Below, piece after piece: positions 63,456 through 64,000 of a stretch of 64,000 bases of DNA. Made by a program: the position numbers and the translations under genes. The stretch comes from Oscillospiraceae bacterium (lineage in GTDB: Bacteria > Bacillota > Clostridia > Oscillospirales > Oscillospiraceae). Where the stretch lies: positions 9,686 through 73,685 of the forward strand of contig JAFTYM010000025.1 of the NCBI GenBank assembly GCA_017461585.1. Reading direction: 5' to 3'. Positions within the stretch are counted from its first letter, which is position 1, and the number at the start of each line of letters is the position of its first letter. The notes below the pieces were generated by a model that saw only the letters and a list, made by a program, of their open reading frames with translations, did not search any database and was not told where the DNA came from.

Positions 63456-64000
63456 ATGACAGAGAGATTATACTATAAAGACAGTCATTTAGCGGTCTTT
63501 GACGCTGTAGTTGTTTCATGTGAAAAAATCAAAAACGGATATGCAGTGGTACTGGATAAAACCGCATTTTTTCCTGAAGGTGGAGGACAGCTTGGCGATA
63601 CAGGATATTTAAATGATATCAAAGTTTTTGATACACACGAGAAAAACAATGAGGTTCTGCATTATACTGAATCTGAGATTATAGTAGGAACCGTTGTGGC
63701 AGGGCGGATTGATTGGGACCGCAGGTTTCGTTTCATGCAGAATCATTCAGGTGAGCATATTGTTTCCGGAATAATTAATAAGGTTACAGGGTTTAACAAT
63801 GTCGGATTCCACCTCGGTGATGAGGTTGTAACCATCGATTTTGATGGTGAAATTGATGCTGAGACTTTAGCTGAAATTGAACTGCAGGCTAATGAAGCAG
63901 TATATAAAAATGTAAATATCAATACTTATTTTCCGAAGCCTGAGGAGCTCTGTAACTTTAACTACAGAAGCAAACTTGATATAACAGAGAATGTCAGAAT
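63456..64000 (+). CDS. AlaX-L-like alanyl-tRNA editing protein (3' end truncated by the window); not in the ORF track
   Basis: Hand translation gives MTERLYYKDSHLAVFDAVVVSCEK..VVLDKTAFFPEGGGQLGDTG...MQNHSGEHIVSG, an AlaRS-N-like/editing pattern. The frame stays open to the window end. Confidence 0.75.
   Translation, partial: MTERLYYKDSHLAVFDAVVVSCEKIKNGYAVVLDKTAFFPEGGGQLGDTGYLNDIKVFDTHEKNNEVLHYTESEIIVGTVVAGRIDWDRRFRFMQNHSGEHIVSGIINKVTGFNNVGFHLGDEVVTIDFDGEIDAETLAEIELQANEAVYKNVNINTYFPKPEELCNFNYRSKLDITENVR

Overview
The window has two parts. (1) Positions 1 to ~32.8 kb are the right arm of a prophage, all on the + strand. In order it carries: a run of small Cys-rich early or accessory genes (including a Lar-like anti-restriction ORF, a DUF551-like ORF and a mini HExxH protein); terminase small and large subunits; scaffold; major capsid; a portal-like protein with a Zn-ribbon insertion; collagen-like and CBM5/12-like fibre genes; a metallophosphoesterase; a TcdE-type holin plus an amidase endolysin; and, after the lysis genes, a five-gene block ending in a ~3170-aa multidomain giant protein. 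No integrase, tail tube, sheath or reverse transcriptase is visible. The element ends at a displaced tRNA 3' fragment (T-arm, acceptor strand and CCA, 32788-32823). This implies that the intact tRNA, attL and the integrase lie upstream of the window. (2) Positions 32.8-64 kb are chromosomal DNA that looks like a strictly anaerobic Bacillota (Clostridia-type) host; that assignment is inferred from gene content only. This part contains a glycyl-radical-enzyme island (two URO-D-family genes, an MFS transporter, the GRE and a Dabb protein) with no activase in the window; def; a Y-family polymerase with a divergent HTH-S24 repressor; sfsA; two YbaK-family editing genes; Nudix, NAT and glpK; two DUF169 paralogs; a family-I CoA-transferase; a third URO-D paralog; an acyl-CoA dehydrogenase with EtfB and ferredoxin-fused EtfA; a LuxR-FNT-DUF169 unit; a DD-carboxypeptidase; and a truncated AlaX-like gene. 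I saw no CRISPR array, rRNA, restriction-modification system or other canonical defence system. The best candidates for novelty are the activase-less GRE/URO-D island, the giant polyvalent-like virion protein, the densely structured 286-580 non-coding region, and the DUF169 modules. All family assignments come from motif recognition by eye and need HMM or structure confirmation.
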